Assembly: GCA_020846855.1 (NCBI GenBank)
Contig: JADLDD010000047.1
Span: 10,909 to 74,908 of the forward strand
From: Acidimicrobiia bacterium
Lineage (GTDB): Bacteria > Actinomycetota > Acidimicrobiia > IMCC26256 > JADLDD01
Direction of reading: 5' to 3'
Length of the DNA stretch: 64,000 nucleotides
Under the pieces are notes generated by a model. The model made no database searches. It had not been told where the DNA came from and saw only the letters and a program-made list of their open reading frames with translations. The translations under genes were made by a program, and so were the position numbers. How positions within the stretch are numbered: the first letter of the stretch is position 1; each line of letters opens with the position of its first letter. This document shows positions 55,122 through 63,447 of this stretch, one piece after another.

Positions 55122-57068
55122 TCAGCCCGCCGGATCGGGTGCCTCGAGGCAGCGCACCCCCGGTGGTGCGGTGAACACCGCCAGGGGCCAGCCGTGCTCC
55201 ATGATGCGGACGAGGTCGCGACGGACGTCGTCGGGGACCCGGGGGTCGAGACCCAGCTTGATGATCCGGGACTCGACGACGGGCGCGAGGTCGCCCTCCC
55301 CCACCTCGCGCAGGCGGGCCTGGGCCCGGGCGGTCAGCCGGCGGGCCTCAGCCCGCTCGGCTCGGGTGCGGGGGTCGTGGTGGGCGATCTCACGCGCTCC
55401 GGGGCATCGTCGCCACGTGTCGATGTCGGGACCGACCGAGAGGTGCACGACGGCCGTGGCCTCCGAGGGAGAGCGGGCGCGGTCCCCGGCGAGGCTCCGT
55501 GCGTAGATGGGCGGTAGGCCGACGTCGAGGCCCGCCCGCAGCATCTCGTTGGCGAGTCCCCATCCCTGCCCCTCGACCGACATCGGGTCCTTCCACGACA
55601 CCAGGTACCGGCCGCCGGGCCCCAGGCCCGGAACGTCGCTTCTCTCCAGGGCCGCGATCGCCGGAGAGGCGACACGGCCGAGCGCCCGCGACGACTCGAC
55701 CGCCACGGGGCTGATCCGGGCGGCCCGAACCGTGGCGACGCCGGAGAACACCACGGTGACCGCCACCCCGGCCGCGGCGGCCGAGCGCGTCGAGGCCCAT
55801 CCGGCCGCACGTTCGTGGCCGCCGGGTCGTGACCGTCGCCATCCGATCAGGGTCCACGCCGCGGCCAGGACCATCAGCGAGGTGAGCGCCCAGGCCCAGA
55901 GGAAGAGGTAGGGGTAGGGCATGCCGTGGACGCTGCCGGCCGACAGGAGGCCCAGCAGCAGCGCCGTGGCCAGGACGGCGTGGAGCCGGACGACCCGGCG
56001 GTCGGGCAGCCGGGTGGCGAGGACAGCGGTGGCGGCCCAGCCGGCCACGAGCAGCGCGCCCGGCAGCCACACACCGCCCACAACCTCGTAGGTGCGGCCG
56101 GTCAGGAGCTTCCACGGGTTCATGCGGGCGAACATGAGCTCGGCTCCGTGACGCAGCCCGGCGGCGGGGAGCGCCGGGTCGGTGAAGTCGTTGGCGATCT
56201 TGGAGAGGTTCGGGTCGGAGCCGAAGAGCTGCTGGGCGACGGGCGGGAACCACAGCAGGGCGGTGAGGGCGGCGGAGCCCCCCACCCAGGCCGCGACGCG
56301 CCGTCGTTCGGCCCGATCGTGTCGGCGCCGGAAGGCGCGGGCGGACAGCACCACCCCGACGAGCACGCCGAGACCACCGACCAGGCCCACGTAGGAGATG
56401 TGGGTCTGGGCGCAGAGGGAACCCGCGAAGACGGTGAGGGGCAGGACGGCGAGGTCGTCGTCGAGCGCCGACCACGCTCCGAGCACGACCACGGGCCACC
56501 AGAACACGGGCTGGAACGGGTTCCAGGGCTCCACCGGGACCGTCGCCGGATAGGCCGCGAGGAGGATGGCCGACACGGCCCCGACCCCGAACACCAGGTT
56601 GCGGCTCCCGCGGCGCGCCGCCATCCAGAGCGCCCCCCCGAGACCCGCGACGGTGAGGACCACCGACGAGAGCCGCAGCGCCCACGACGACGCCCCGGCG
56701 AGCGCGTAGGCCGGCCACAGGCTGTAGAAGCCGAGCGGGCCCGGGTGGTGTCCGGGGTTGGCGAACGTCCCCAGCCGCCCCACCAGGCCCACGAGGGGCG
56801 GGCGCGAACCGCCGACGTCGCGGACGTTGGCCTCGATCATGGCCAGGTCGAAGATCGGGTACCAGCGCGGGTTCCGCAGGACCACGAGCGAGACGAGGGG
56901 TGCCACCGCCAGGACGGCGAGGACCGCGCCCACCGCCACGGTCGACCGGCCCCCGGGGGGTCGCCGGGCCGGACGGGCGCCGCCCTCCTCGGCCGGTTCG
57001 GGGTCGGGCCCGGTGGAGACGCCGCCCGAGGCCTCCGACGTGACGGCGTTGGTGCGTCCACCAGGCAA
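55122..57068 (-). CDS. Polytopic membrane protein, paralog 2 of 4
   Basis: Lower part of ORF 55122-57260. Start probably TTG 57068 (7 nt after a TATACT box); the only other in-frame candidate is GTG 56939, which would remove the basic ARPARRPPGGRS segment that aligns with paralog 3. RWYPIFDLAMIEANVRDV, NPGHHPGPLGFYSLWP, GQGWGLANEMLRAG, HLSVGP. Confidence 0.75.
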   Translation of the reverse strand: MPGGRTNAVTSEASGGVSTGPDPEPAEEGGARPARRPPGGRSTVAVGAVLAVLAVAPLVSLVVLRNPRWYPIFDLAMIEANVRDVGGSRPPLVGLVGRLGTFANPGHHPGPLGFYSLWPAYALAGASSWALRLSSVVLTVAGLGGALWMAARRGSRNLVFGVGAVSAILLAAYPATVPVEPWNPFQPVFWWPVVVLGAWSALDDDLAVLPLTVFAGSLCAQTHISYVGLVGGLGVLVGVVLSARAFRRRHDRAERRRVAAWVGGSAALTALLWFPPVAQQLFGSDPNLSKIANDFTDPALPAAGLRHGAELMFARMNPWKLLTGRTYEVVGGVWLPGALLVAGWAATAVLATRLPDRRVVRLHAVLATALLLGLLSAGSVHGMPYPYLFLWAWALTSLMVLAAAWTLIGWRRSRPGGHERAAGWASTRSAAAAGVAVTVVFSGVATVRAARISPVAVESSRALGRVASPAIAALERSDVPGLGPGGRYLVSWKDPMSVEGQGWGLANEMLRAGLDVGLPPIYARSLAGDRARSPSEATAVVHLSVGPDIDTWRRCPGAREIAHHDPRTRAERAEARRLTARAQARLREVGEGDLAPVVESRIIKLGLDPRVPDDVRRDLVRIMEHGWPLAVFTAPPGVRCLEAPDPAG

Positions 57069-57075
57069 GAGCGCA

Positions 57076-57081
57076 AGTATA
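57076..57081 (-). promoter_or_regulatory. -10 box TATACT upstream of paralog 2
   Basis: Minus strand: gggccgccgacgggcgtccaTATACT-tgcgctc-TTG(57068). Confidence 0.4.
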
Positions 57082-57165
57082 TGGACGCCCGTCGGCGGCC
57101 CGGCGGGCGCGGAGCCGGCGCCCGCGGGGCTCGGCGACCGGCCGGTCGGGAGCGAGGGAGCGAGC

Positions 57166-57564
57166 GTGGCTGAAGCAGCGGTGGAGCAGATCTCCGACGC
57201 CGGGGTTCCGGTGGCAGGCCCGTACTCGCCGGTCGTGAGGGCCGGCGACTGGCTGGTCACGGCCGGTCAGGTCGGCATCGATCCCGACACGCTCCAGCTC
57301 GCCGCGGGAGGCGCCGGCCCGGAGGCGCACCAGGCGCTCGCGAACATCCGCACCGTCCTGGCCGCCGCGGGCGCCGGTCTCGGCGACGTGGCCAAGACCA
57401 CCGTCTTCGTGGCCGACCTCGCCGACTTCGGGGCGATCAACGACGCGTACTCGCACGCGTTCGGCGACCACCGGCCGGCCCGCACCACGGTCGAGGTCGC
57501 CGCGCTGCCCCTCGGGGCCGCCGTCGAGATCGAGGCCTGGGCCTATCGCCCCGGGCGCGCCTGA
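57166..57564 (+). CDS. ridA: RidA/YjgF/L-PSP family reactive-intermediate deaminase
   Basis: Part of ORF 56758-57564. GTG 57166 is preceded by [27 protein letters not shown]...ANIRTVLAAAGAGLGDVAKTTVFV.D...F...N..Y...F....PARTTVEVAALPLGAAVEIEA. Confidence 0.88.
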   Translation: MAEAAVEQISDAGVPVAGPYSPVVRAGDWLVTAGQVGIDPDTLQLAAGGAGPEAHQALANIRTVLAAAGAGLGDVAKTTVFVADLADFGAINDAYSHAFGDHRPARTTVEVAALPLGAAVEIEAWAYRPGRA

Positions 57565-57609
57565 GAGCGGGGCTTCCCGCCCGTCCCCGCCCGGTACGCC
57601 CGGGCCCGA

Positions 57610-59439
57610 TCAAGGGGTGGCCAGGTCCGGCGGTCCCACGAACACCGCCAGGGGCAGGCCGAGCTCGAGCATCCGGTTCACCACCGGTCCGACGTCGGGT
57701 GGCACCCGGGGGTCGACGCCCACCGAGAAGAGGAGCGAGTCGACCTTCGGCACCAGGTCGTCGAGGCCCAGCGAGCGCAGGCGACGTATCAGTCCGCGGC
57801 GCAGCCGGGCGTACTCCGCCCGCTCGGCGGCCGACCGGGGCTCGTGGTAGGCGATGCGCCGCGCGCCCGGCCGGCGGTCCCACCGGGCGATGTCGGGACC
57901 CACGGAGAGGTGCACGACCGCGTCGGCGCGCGCCGGCGTGGTGACCCGGTGGCCGCCACCCGCGCCCGGTCCGAGGGCGTCCGAGACCCGGGCGTCGAAC
58001 CCGGCCCGAACGAGCTCGTTCAGCAACCCCCACCCCTGACCACCCAGTCCCAGGTGGTCGGTGAAGGTCACGAGCAGCCGCGGGTCGCCTCTCTCCCCGC
58101 CCCACCGGCGGTCGAGCTGGCGGACCGTGGCCGGGACCACCCCGCCGAGCGCGTCGGACTCCGAGCCCGAGCGGGTCCGGAAGTCGGTGGCGCGGGTCGT
58201 CGCGACCCCGGTGAAGGCGACCAGGACGGCCATGCTCACCGCGGCCGGCGCGTAGGCGGCCCGGCCGGGTGGCGTGCCGTCGAGGCGGTGGCCCCACCAC
58301 CCCCAGGCCGTCCACGCGATCGCCAGCAGCATCAGCGCGGCGAGCGACCAGCACCACAGGAGCAGGTAGTACCAGACGTGCCCGTGGATGCTGGCCGCGG
58401 AGACGGCGGCCAGCGCCAGCGTGAGCCCGAGCACGCCGTGCAGCCGCGTGATCCGCCGGTCGGGCAGGATCCGCCACGCGACGAGGGCCGCGACACCCCA
58501 GGCGACGATCAGCAGGACGCCCGGGAGCAGCGGGCCGTGCGGATCCTCGGTGAGCCCTGACACGAGCCGGAGCGGGCTCAGGTTCGCGAGCACCGCCTCG
58601 AGGCCGCGCCGGGCGCCGATGGGCGCCTCGACCGGGTGGGCGAAGTCGCCCCAGATGATCGACATGTTGGGGTTGTCGCCGCCGATCTGCTGGGCCACCG
58701 GAGGTATCCAGAGGACCGCCCCGAGCGCGGCCGATGCCGCGGACCAGGACACGATGCGGCGGAGCTCGGGCCGGTCGGCGCGGTGGCGGCGGACGAGCAC
58801 GGCGACCGCGGCGACGACCACGAGGGCCATCCCGCCGACGAGGCCGAGGTACGACACGTGGGTCTGCGCGCACATCGAGGCGGCGAAGACGGTGAGGGGC
58901 AGGGCGACCACGTCGCCTTCGAGCACCGACCAGACCCCGAACACGACCGCCACCCACCAGAACGCCGGGAGGTAGGGGTTCCACGCCTCGACCGGGATCT
59001 CCGGTCCGTAGGCGGCGAGGACCACGGCGAGCACGGCGCCGGCGGCGAGGACCAGGCGGACGCCGCCGCGGCGGGCGGCGAGCCAGACCGTGCCCGCCAT
59101 GGCGACGACGCTCAGGGCCGACGACGAGAGCCGCAGGGCCCAGGACGTCCGGCCGGCGAGCGCGTAGAGCGGCCAGAGGGAGAAGAAGCTGAGCGGTCCG
59201 GGATGGCTCCCGGGACGGGACTGGTCGCCGAGCCTTCCCACGAGCCCCAGCAGCGGCGGGTACGCGCTGGCGACGTCGCGCACGCGCAGTTCGGTCTGGG
59301 CCAGGTCGAGGACGGGGTACCAGCGGTGGGATCGGAGCCCGACGAGGGCGACGACCAACGGCACCGCGAGGACCACCACGACCGCGATCCCGGTGACCCC
59401 GGCGGCTCTCCGGGCTGCATCGGGGGTTGGTCGGGCCAC
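57610..59439 (-). CDS. Polytopic membrane protein, paralog 3 of 4
   Basis: Lower part of ORF 57610-60453. GTG 59439 lies 8 nt after a TATACT box. RWYPVLDLAQTELRVRDV, RPGSHPGPLSFFSLWP, CAQTHVSYLGLVGG, WIPPVAQQ, GQGWGLLNELVRAG, HLSVGPDI, PLAVFVGPP. Confidence 0.8.
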   Translation of the reverse strand: MARPTPDAARRAAGVTGIAVVVVLAVPLVVALVGLRSHRWYPVLDLAQTELRVRDVASAYPPLLGLVGRLGDQSRPGSHPGPLSFFSLWPLYALAGRTSWALRLSSSALSVVAMAGTVWLAARRGGVRLVLAAGAVLAVVLAAYGPEIPVEAWNPYLPAFWWVAVVFGVWSVLEGDVVALPLTVFAASMCAQTHVSYLGLVGGMALVVVAAVAVLVRRHRADRPELRRIVSWSAASAALGAVLWIPPVAQQIGGDNPNMSIIWGDFAHPVEAPIGARRGLEAVLANLSPLRLVSGLTEDPHGPLLPGVLLIVAWGVAALVAWRILPDRRITRLHGVLGLTLALAAVSAASIHGHVWYYLLLWCWSLAALMLLAIAWTAWGWWGHRLDGTPPGRAAYAPAAVSMAVLVAFTGVATTRATDFRTRSGSESDALGGVVPATVRQLDRRWGGERGDPRLLVTFTDHLGLGGQGWGLLNELVRAGFDARVSDALGPGAGGGHRVTTPARADAVVHLSVGPDIARWDRRPGARRIAYHEPRSAAERAEYARLRRGLIRRLRSLGLDDLVPKVDSLLFSVGVDPRVPPDVGPVVNRMLELGLPLAVFVGPPDLATP

Positions 59440-59447
59440 CGCGGGGG

Positions 59448-59453
59448 AGTATA
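59448..59453 (-). promoter_or_regulatory. -10 box TATACT, 8 nt upstream of the paralog 3 GTG (leaderless-type)
   Basis: Minus strand: gtgggccgccgtccgTATACT-cccccgcg-GTG(59439). The flanking sequence resembles the paralog 2 promoter. Confidence 0.45.
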
Positions 59454-59550
59454 CGGACGGCGGCCCACGGGGCCGGTCCGGGCCGCCGGCCGGCGTCCCG
59501 GTGGTACCTTGCCCGCTTCCGGCGCGGCAGGTGCGACGAGCGAGGAGGCC

Positions 59551-60594
59551 ATGACCGACCCATCCCCCGGGGCCGCCGGCGGCCCCGCGATCGTCACCGG
59601 CGCCGCCGGATGGCTGGGCCAGAACCTGGTGAGGGAGCTCGGCCCGCGCCGGGACCGCGTCCGGTGCCTCGTGCGCGACGAGGGGGAGCGTCCCCTCGTG
59701 GAGGTGATCGCCCCGTCGGTCGAGGTCGTCGTCGGCGACGTACGCGATCCGGCGGCGCTCGACCGCCTCTTCGACGGCGCGGCGTCGGCGACCGTGTTCC
59801 ACGCGCTGGGCGTCGTGCACGCCGCCGGGCGCACCCGCGAGTTCTTCGACACCAACGTCGGCGGCACCGACCTCGTCCTCGACCGGGCCCGGCGGACGCG
59901 GGCCCGCCGGGTGGTCCACGTGTCGTCGAACTCCCCGTTCGGCGCCAACCCCTCGCGGGACCACCGGTTCACCGAGGACTCGCCGTACAACCCGTACCTG
60001 GCGTACGGGGAGTCGAAGCGCCAGGCCGAGGAGCTGGTGCTCCGGGCCGCCGAGCACGGCGACGTCGAGGCGGTGGTCCTGCGGGCCCCGTGGTTCTACG
60101 GCCCGAACCAGCCCCCGCGCCAGAGCCGGTTCTTCTCCGCCATCCGCCGCGGCCGGTTCCCGATCGTCGGCGACGGCACCCAGCGGAGGTCGATGGTCTA
60201 CACCGGCCACCTCGTGCAGGGGATGCTGCTCGCGGAGGGGGTGCCCGAGGCCGCGGGGCGGGCCTACTGGATAGCCGACGCCGAACCCTACGAGCTGCGC
60301 GACGTGATCGCGACGGTCCGCGCCGCCCTGGAGGCCGAGGGGCTCGAGGTGTCGCCACGCCGGCCCCGGCGCCTTCCCCTTCCCGCGGCGGTGCTCGCGG
60401 CCCGGGCCGACGCCTTCCTCCAGGCCCGGGGGCGCTACCTCCAGGCGGTCCACGTCCTCGGCGAGCTCAAGGACACGATCGCGTGCGACGTGAGCCGCGC
60501 CCGCGAGGAGCTGGGCTTCGATCCGTCGACGAGCCTGCTCGACGGGATGCGGGCGAGCATCCGGTCCTGCCTCGACCGGGGTGAGCAGCTGTGA
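59551..60594 (+). CDS. NAD-dependent epimerase/dehydratase (extended SDR, 3-beta-HSD-like)
   Basis: Part of ORF 58636-60594. ATG 59551 is preceded by GAGGAGG. VTGAAGWLG Rossmann motif, SSNSPFG, YGESK (YxxxK). Confidence 0.85.
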   Translation: MTDPSPGAAGGPAIVTGAAGWLGQNLVRELGPRRDRVRCLVRDEGERPLVEVIAPSVEVVVGDVRDPAALDRLFDGAASATVFHALGVVHAAGRTREFFDTNVGGTDLVLDRARRTRARRVVHVSSNSPFGANPSRDHRFTEDSPYNPYLAYGESKRQAEELVLRAAEHGDVEAVVLRAPWFYGPNQPPRQSRFFSAIRRGRFPIVGDGTQRRSMVYTGHLVQGMLLAEGVPEAAGRAYWIADAEPYELRDVIATVRAALEAEGLEVSPRRPRRLPLPAAVLAARADAFLQARGRYLQAVHVLGELKDTIACDVSRAREELGFDPSTSLLDGMRASIRSCLDRGEQL

Positions 60595-61631
60595 CCCGAT
60601 CCGGAACGATGCTCGTGACCGGCGGTAGCGGCTACTTCGGGAGCGTGCTCGTCGACGCCGCGCTCACGCAGGGTTGGAAGGTCCGCGTCTTCGACCTGAA
60701 CCCCCCCGACCCGCGCCCCGACGGCGCCGTCGAGTACGTGGCCGGCGACATCGTCGACCGAGAGGCGATCCGTGAGGCCTGCCGCGGCGTCGACGTCGTC
60801 ATGCACAACGTCGCCCAGGTGCCGCTGGCACGCGATCGCGAGCTGTTCTGGTCCGTCAACGTCGTCGGCACCGGCAACCTCCTGGTCGCGGCCCGCGACG
60901 CCGGCGTCGCGAAGGTGGTGAACACGTCGTCGAGCGCGGTGTTCGGCATCCCGGAGTCGAACCCGGTCACCGAGGAGACCCCGGTCCGGCCCTTGGAGGC
61001 CTACGGCCGGGCCAAGGTCCACGCCGAGATGCTCTGCCACGACGCCGTCGCCGCCGGCCTCGACGTCACCATCGTGCGGCCCCGGACCATCCTCGGGCAC
61101 GGGCGCCTCGGGATCATGGGCGCGCTCTTCGACCTCGTCGCCGACGGGGCGCCGGTCTTCGTGCTGGGCGACGGGTCCAACCGCTACCAGTTCGTCCACG
61201 CCTCGGACCTCGCTTCCGCCTGCCTCCTGGCCGCCGCCCGGCCGGGTCCGGCCGTCTACAACGTCGGCGCGGCCGAGATGGGCACGATGCGCGAGACGCT
61301 CCAGGCCCTCGTCGACCACGCCGGCACGGGATCGCGGGTGCGTTCGCTGCCCAAGGGGCCGGCCCGGATCGCCATGCGAGCTCTCGGGGCTCCCGGCCTG
61401 GCGCCGTTCGCCCCCTACCACTGGCTCCTCTACGGCGAGTCGCTCTGGTTCGACATCAGCCGGGCCCGCGGTGAGCTCGGGTGGGAGCCGCGGCACTCGA
61501 ACGCGTCGATGGTCGTCGAGTCCTACGAGTGGTTCCTCGCCCACCGCGCCGACCTCGACGGCGGGAACCGCTCGACCCACCAGTCGCCGGCCCGCCTCGG
61601 CGTCCTCGCCGTCCTGAAGCACCTCCCCTGA
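60591..61631 (+). CDS. NAD-dependent epimerase/dehydratase (extended SDR), second copy
   Basis: ORF 60591-61631. The GTG overlaps the upstream stop (GTGA). VTGGSGYFG, TSSSAVFG, YGRAK (YxxxK). Confidence 0.85.
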   Translation: MTRSGTMLVTGGSGYFGSVLVDAALTQGWKVRVFDLNPPDPRPDGAVEYVAGDIVDREAIREACRGVDVVMHNVAQVPLARDRELFWSVNVVGTGNLLVAARDAGVAKVVNTSSSAVFGIPESNPVTEETPVRPLEAYGRAKVHAEMLCHDAVAAGLDVTIVRPRTILGHGRLGIMGALFDLVADGAPVFVLGDGSNRYQFVHASDLASACLLAAARPGPAVYNVGAAEMGTMRETLQALVDHAGTGSRVRSLPKGPARIAMRALGAPGLAPFAPYHWLLYGESLWFDISRARGELGWEPRHSNASMVVESYEWFLAHRADLDGGNRSTHQSPARLGVLAVLKHLP

Positions 61632-61659
61632 CGCGGGGCGGCCGGGCCGGCGCGGTCGG

Positions 61660-61665
61660 TAGTCT
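61660..61665 (+). promoter_or_regulatory. -10 box TAGTCT, 8 nt upstream of the ATG at 61674
   Basis: TAGTCT-gtcgccgc-ATG. Confidence 0.3.
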
Positions 61666-61673
61666 GTCGCCGC

Positions 61674-62018
61674 ATGAGGCGCATCGAACGACGGGTCGTC
61701 GCGCTCCTGGCGCGGGGTGAGCCCGACGCCGCGCGGCTGGAGGCGATCCAGGCCTACGTCGGCGAGACGCTCCGCCTCATGCCGGATCACCTCCGGTTGG
61801 GCGTGGCGCTGGAGTCGGCCGCGATCGGTACGGCCGACGCCGCGGCGCGCGCGGTGGGCCTCCTCGACGACGACCGTCTCCGGCTGATCCTGGAGCGGTG
61901 GGAGGCGAGCTCGGTCACGCCGCTGCGCCAGTACGTCCGCCTGCTGCGGTCCCTGACCCTCTACGCGGGCGAGGAGCTCGACCACGCGGTTCCGGCGCCC
62001 CCGGGAGCGGTCGCGTGA
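61674..62018 (+). CDS. Hypothetical 114-aa protein, translationally coupled to the GMC oxidoreductase (possible accessory subunit)
   Basis: ORF 61674-62018. Its stop overlaps the GMC GTG (GTGA). Helical, with no signal peptide or family recognised. Confidence 0.5.
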   Translation: MRRIERRVVALLARGEPDAARLEAIQAYVGETLRLMPDHLRLGVALESAAIGTADAAARAVGLLDDDRLRLILERWEASSVTPLRQYVRLLRSLTLYAGEELDHAVPAPPGAVA

Positions 62019-63439
62019 CCGACCTCCGCGCCGACGTGGTGGTGGTGGGGTCCGGCGCCGGGGGTGCGGTGACGGCCGCCACCCTCGCCGAGGGGGGCCG
62101 CGACGTGTGCGTGGTCGAGGAGGGCCCCTGGATCGCTCCCGACGAGCTGGAGCCGTTCTCCTTCGAGGAGATGAGGGCCAGGTACCGCCACCGGGGGCTG
62201 ACGGCCGCGCTGGGTCGCCCGGGCATCGCCTACGCGGAAGGGCGCTGCGTCGGCGGCAGCACCGAGATCAACAGCGGGCTCTACCGGCGCCTGCCCGAGG
62301 AGCTCGCGGCCCGGTGGCAGGAGCGGGGCCGGATCCTGGAGTTCACACCCGACATCCTCGACCACTACGCCTCGACGATCGAGGAGGAGATCGAGATCTC
62401 CACCGTGCCCGGCGCACCGCCGTTGTCGTCGGCGCTCATCGAACGGGGGGCGACCAAGCTGGGGTGGCGTTCCACCGAGTTCGCCCGTCTCTTCAGCTAC
62501 TCCCCCGACGGGCGGGGCACCAAGCAGACCATGGCCCGCACCTTCGTGCCGCGGGCGGTGGCGGCCGGGGCCCGGATCGTTCCCGACACCGAGGCCGTGC
62601 GGGTGCTCGTCGACGGGGGCCGCGCGACCGGCGTCGCGTGCCGGAGGCGCCGTCCCGACGGCGCTTGGGAGCGATTCGAGGTGCGCGCGCCCCAGGTGTT
62701 CGTCTGCGGAGGCGCGATCCAGAGCCCGGCGCTCCTGCAGCGGTCCGGGATCCGGGGCCTGGTCGGTTCGGGACTCGAGTTCCACCCGACGATCAAGGTC
62801 GCGGCCCGCTTCCCCCACCCGATCGACCACGACGACGTTCCCATGCACCGGGTGACCGAGTTCCCGTCCAACCTCACGATCGGCGGGTCCGCCAGCACCC
62901 GGGGCCACGTGGCCCTGGCCATCGCCGACGCCGCCCCCGGCGACGACGAAGCTCTCGACGCCTGGGAGTCGACGGCCGTCTACTACACGGCCATCAAGAG
63001 CGAGGGCCACGGGCGCGTGTGGACGCTCCCGGGCCTCCACGCCCCCGTCGTGGCCTACAGCCTCACCGAGGCCGACCTGAGCCTCCTGGCCCGCGGACTG
63101 GTCCATCTCGGTGAGCTGCTCTTCGCGGCGGGAGCCACCGCGCTGTACCCGTCCATCGCCGGGGGACCGGTCCTCCGCCGGCGCGGGGACCTCGTGTCGT
63201 GGTGGGACGCCGTCGACCGGAACCGCGTCAACCTCATGACCGTCCACCTGGCGTCGACGATCCGCATGGGCGAGGACCAGGCGCTGGCCGCCGCCGACAG
63301 CTTCGGGCGGATCCGGGGCGTCGCCAACCTCTGGGTCAACGACGCCTCCCTCCTGCCCACGGCGCCGGGTGTAAACCCGCAGGCCGCGATCATGGCCATC
63401 GCGCGCCGCAACGCCGACCACTTCCTCGCGAACACCTGA
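62015..63439 (+). CDS. GMC-family FAD-dependent oxidoreductase
   Basis: Part of ORF 61898-63439, from GTG 62015. VVVGSGAGGAVTAATLAEGGRDVCVVEEG (FAD fold), CVGGSTEINSG, and the C-terminal active-site region MTVHLASTIRMG...NLWVNDASLLPTAPGVNPQAAIMAIA. Confidence 0.85.
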   Translation: MTDLRADVVVVGSGAGGAVTAATLAEGGRDVCVVEEGPWIAPDELEPFSFEEMRARYRHRGLTAALGRPGIAYAEGRCVGGSTEINSGLYRRLPEELAARWQERGRILEFTPDILDHYASTIEEEIEISTVPGAPPLSSALIERGATKLGWRSTEFARLFSYSPDGRGTKQTMARTFVPRAVAAGARIVPDTEAVRVLVDGGRATGVACRRRRPDGAWERFEVRAPQVFVCGGAIQSPALLQRSGIRGLVGSGLEFHPTIKVAARFPHPIDHDDVPMHRVTEFPSNLTIGGSASTRGHVALAIADAAPGDDEALDAWESTAVYYTAIKSEGHGRVWTLPGLHAPVVAYSLTEADLSLLARGLVHLGELLFAAGATALYPSIAGGPVLRRRGDLVSWWDAVDRNRVNLMTVHLASTIRMGEDQALAAADSFGRIRGVANLWVNDASLLPTAPGVNPQAAIMAIARRNADHFLANT

Positions 63440-63447
63440 CCGGCCCG

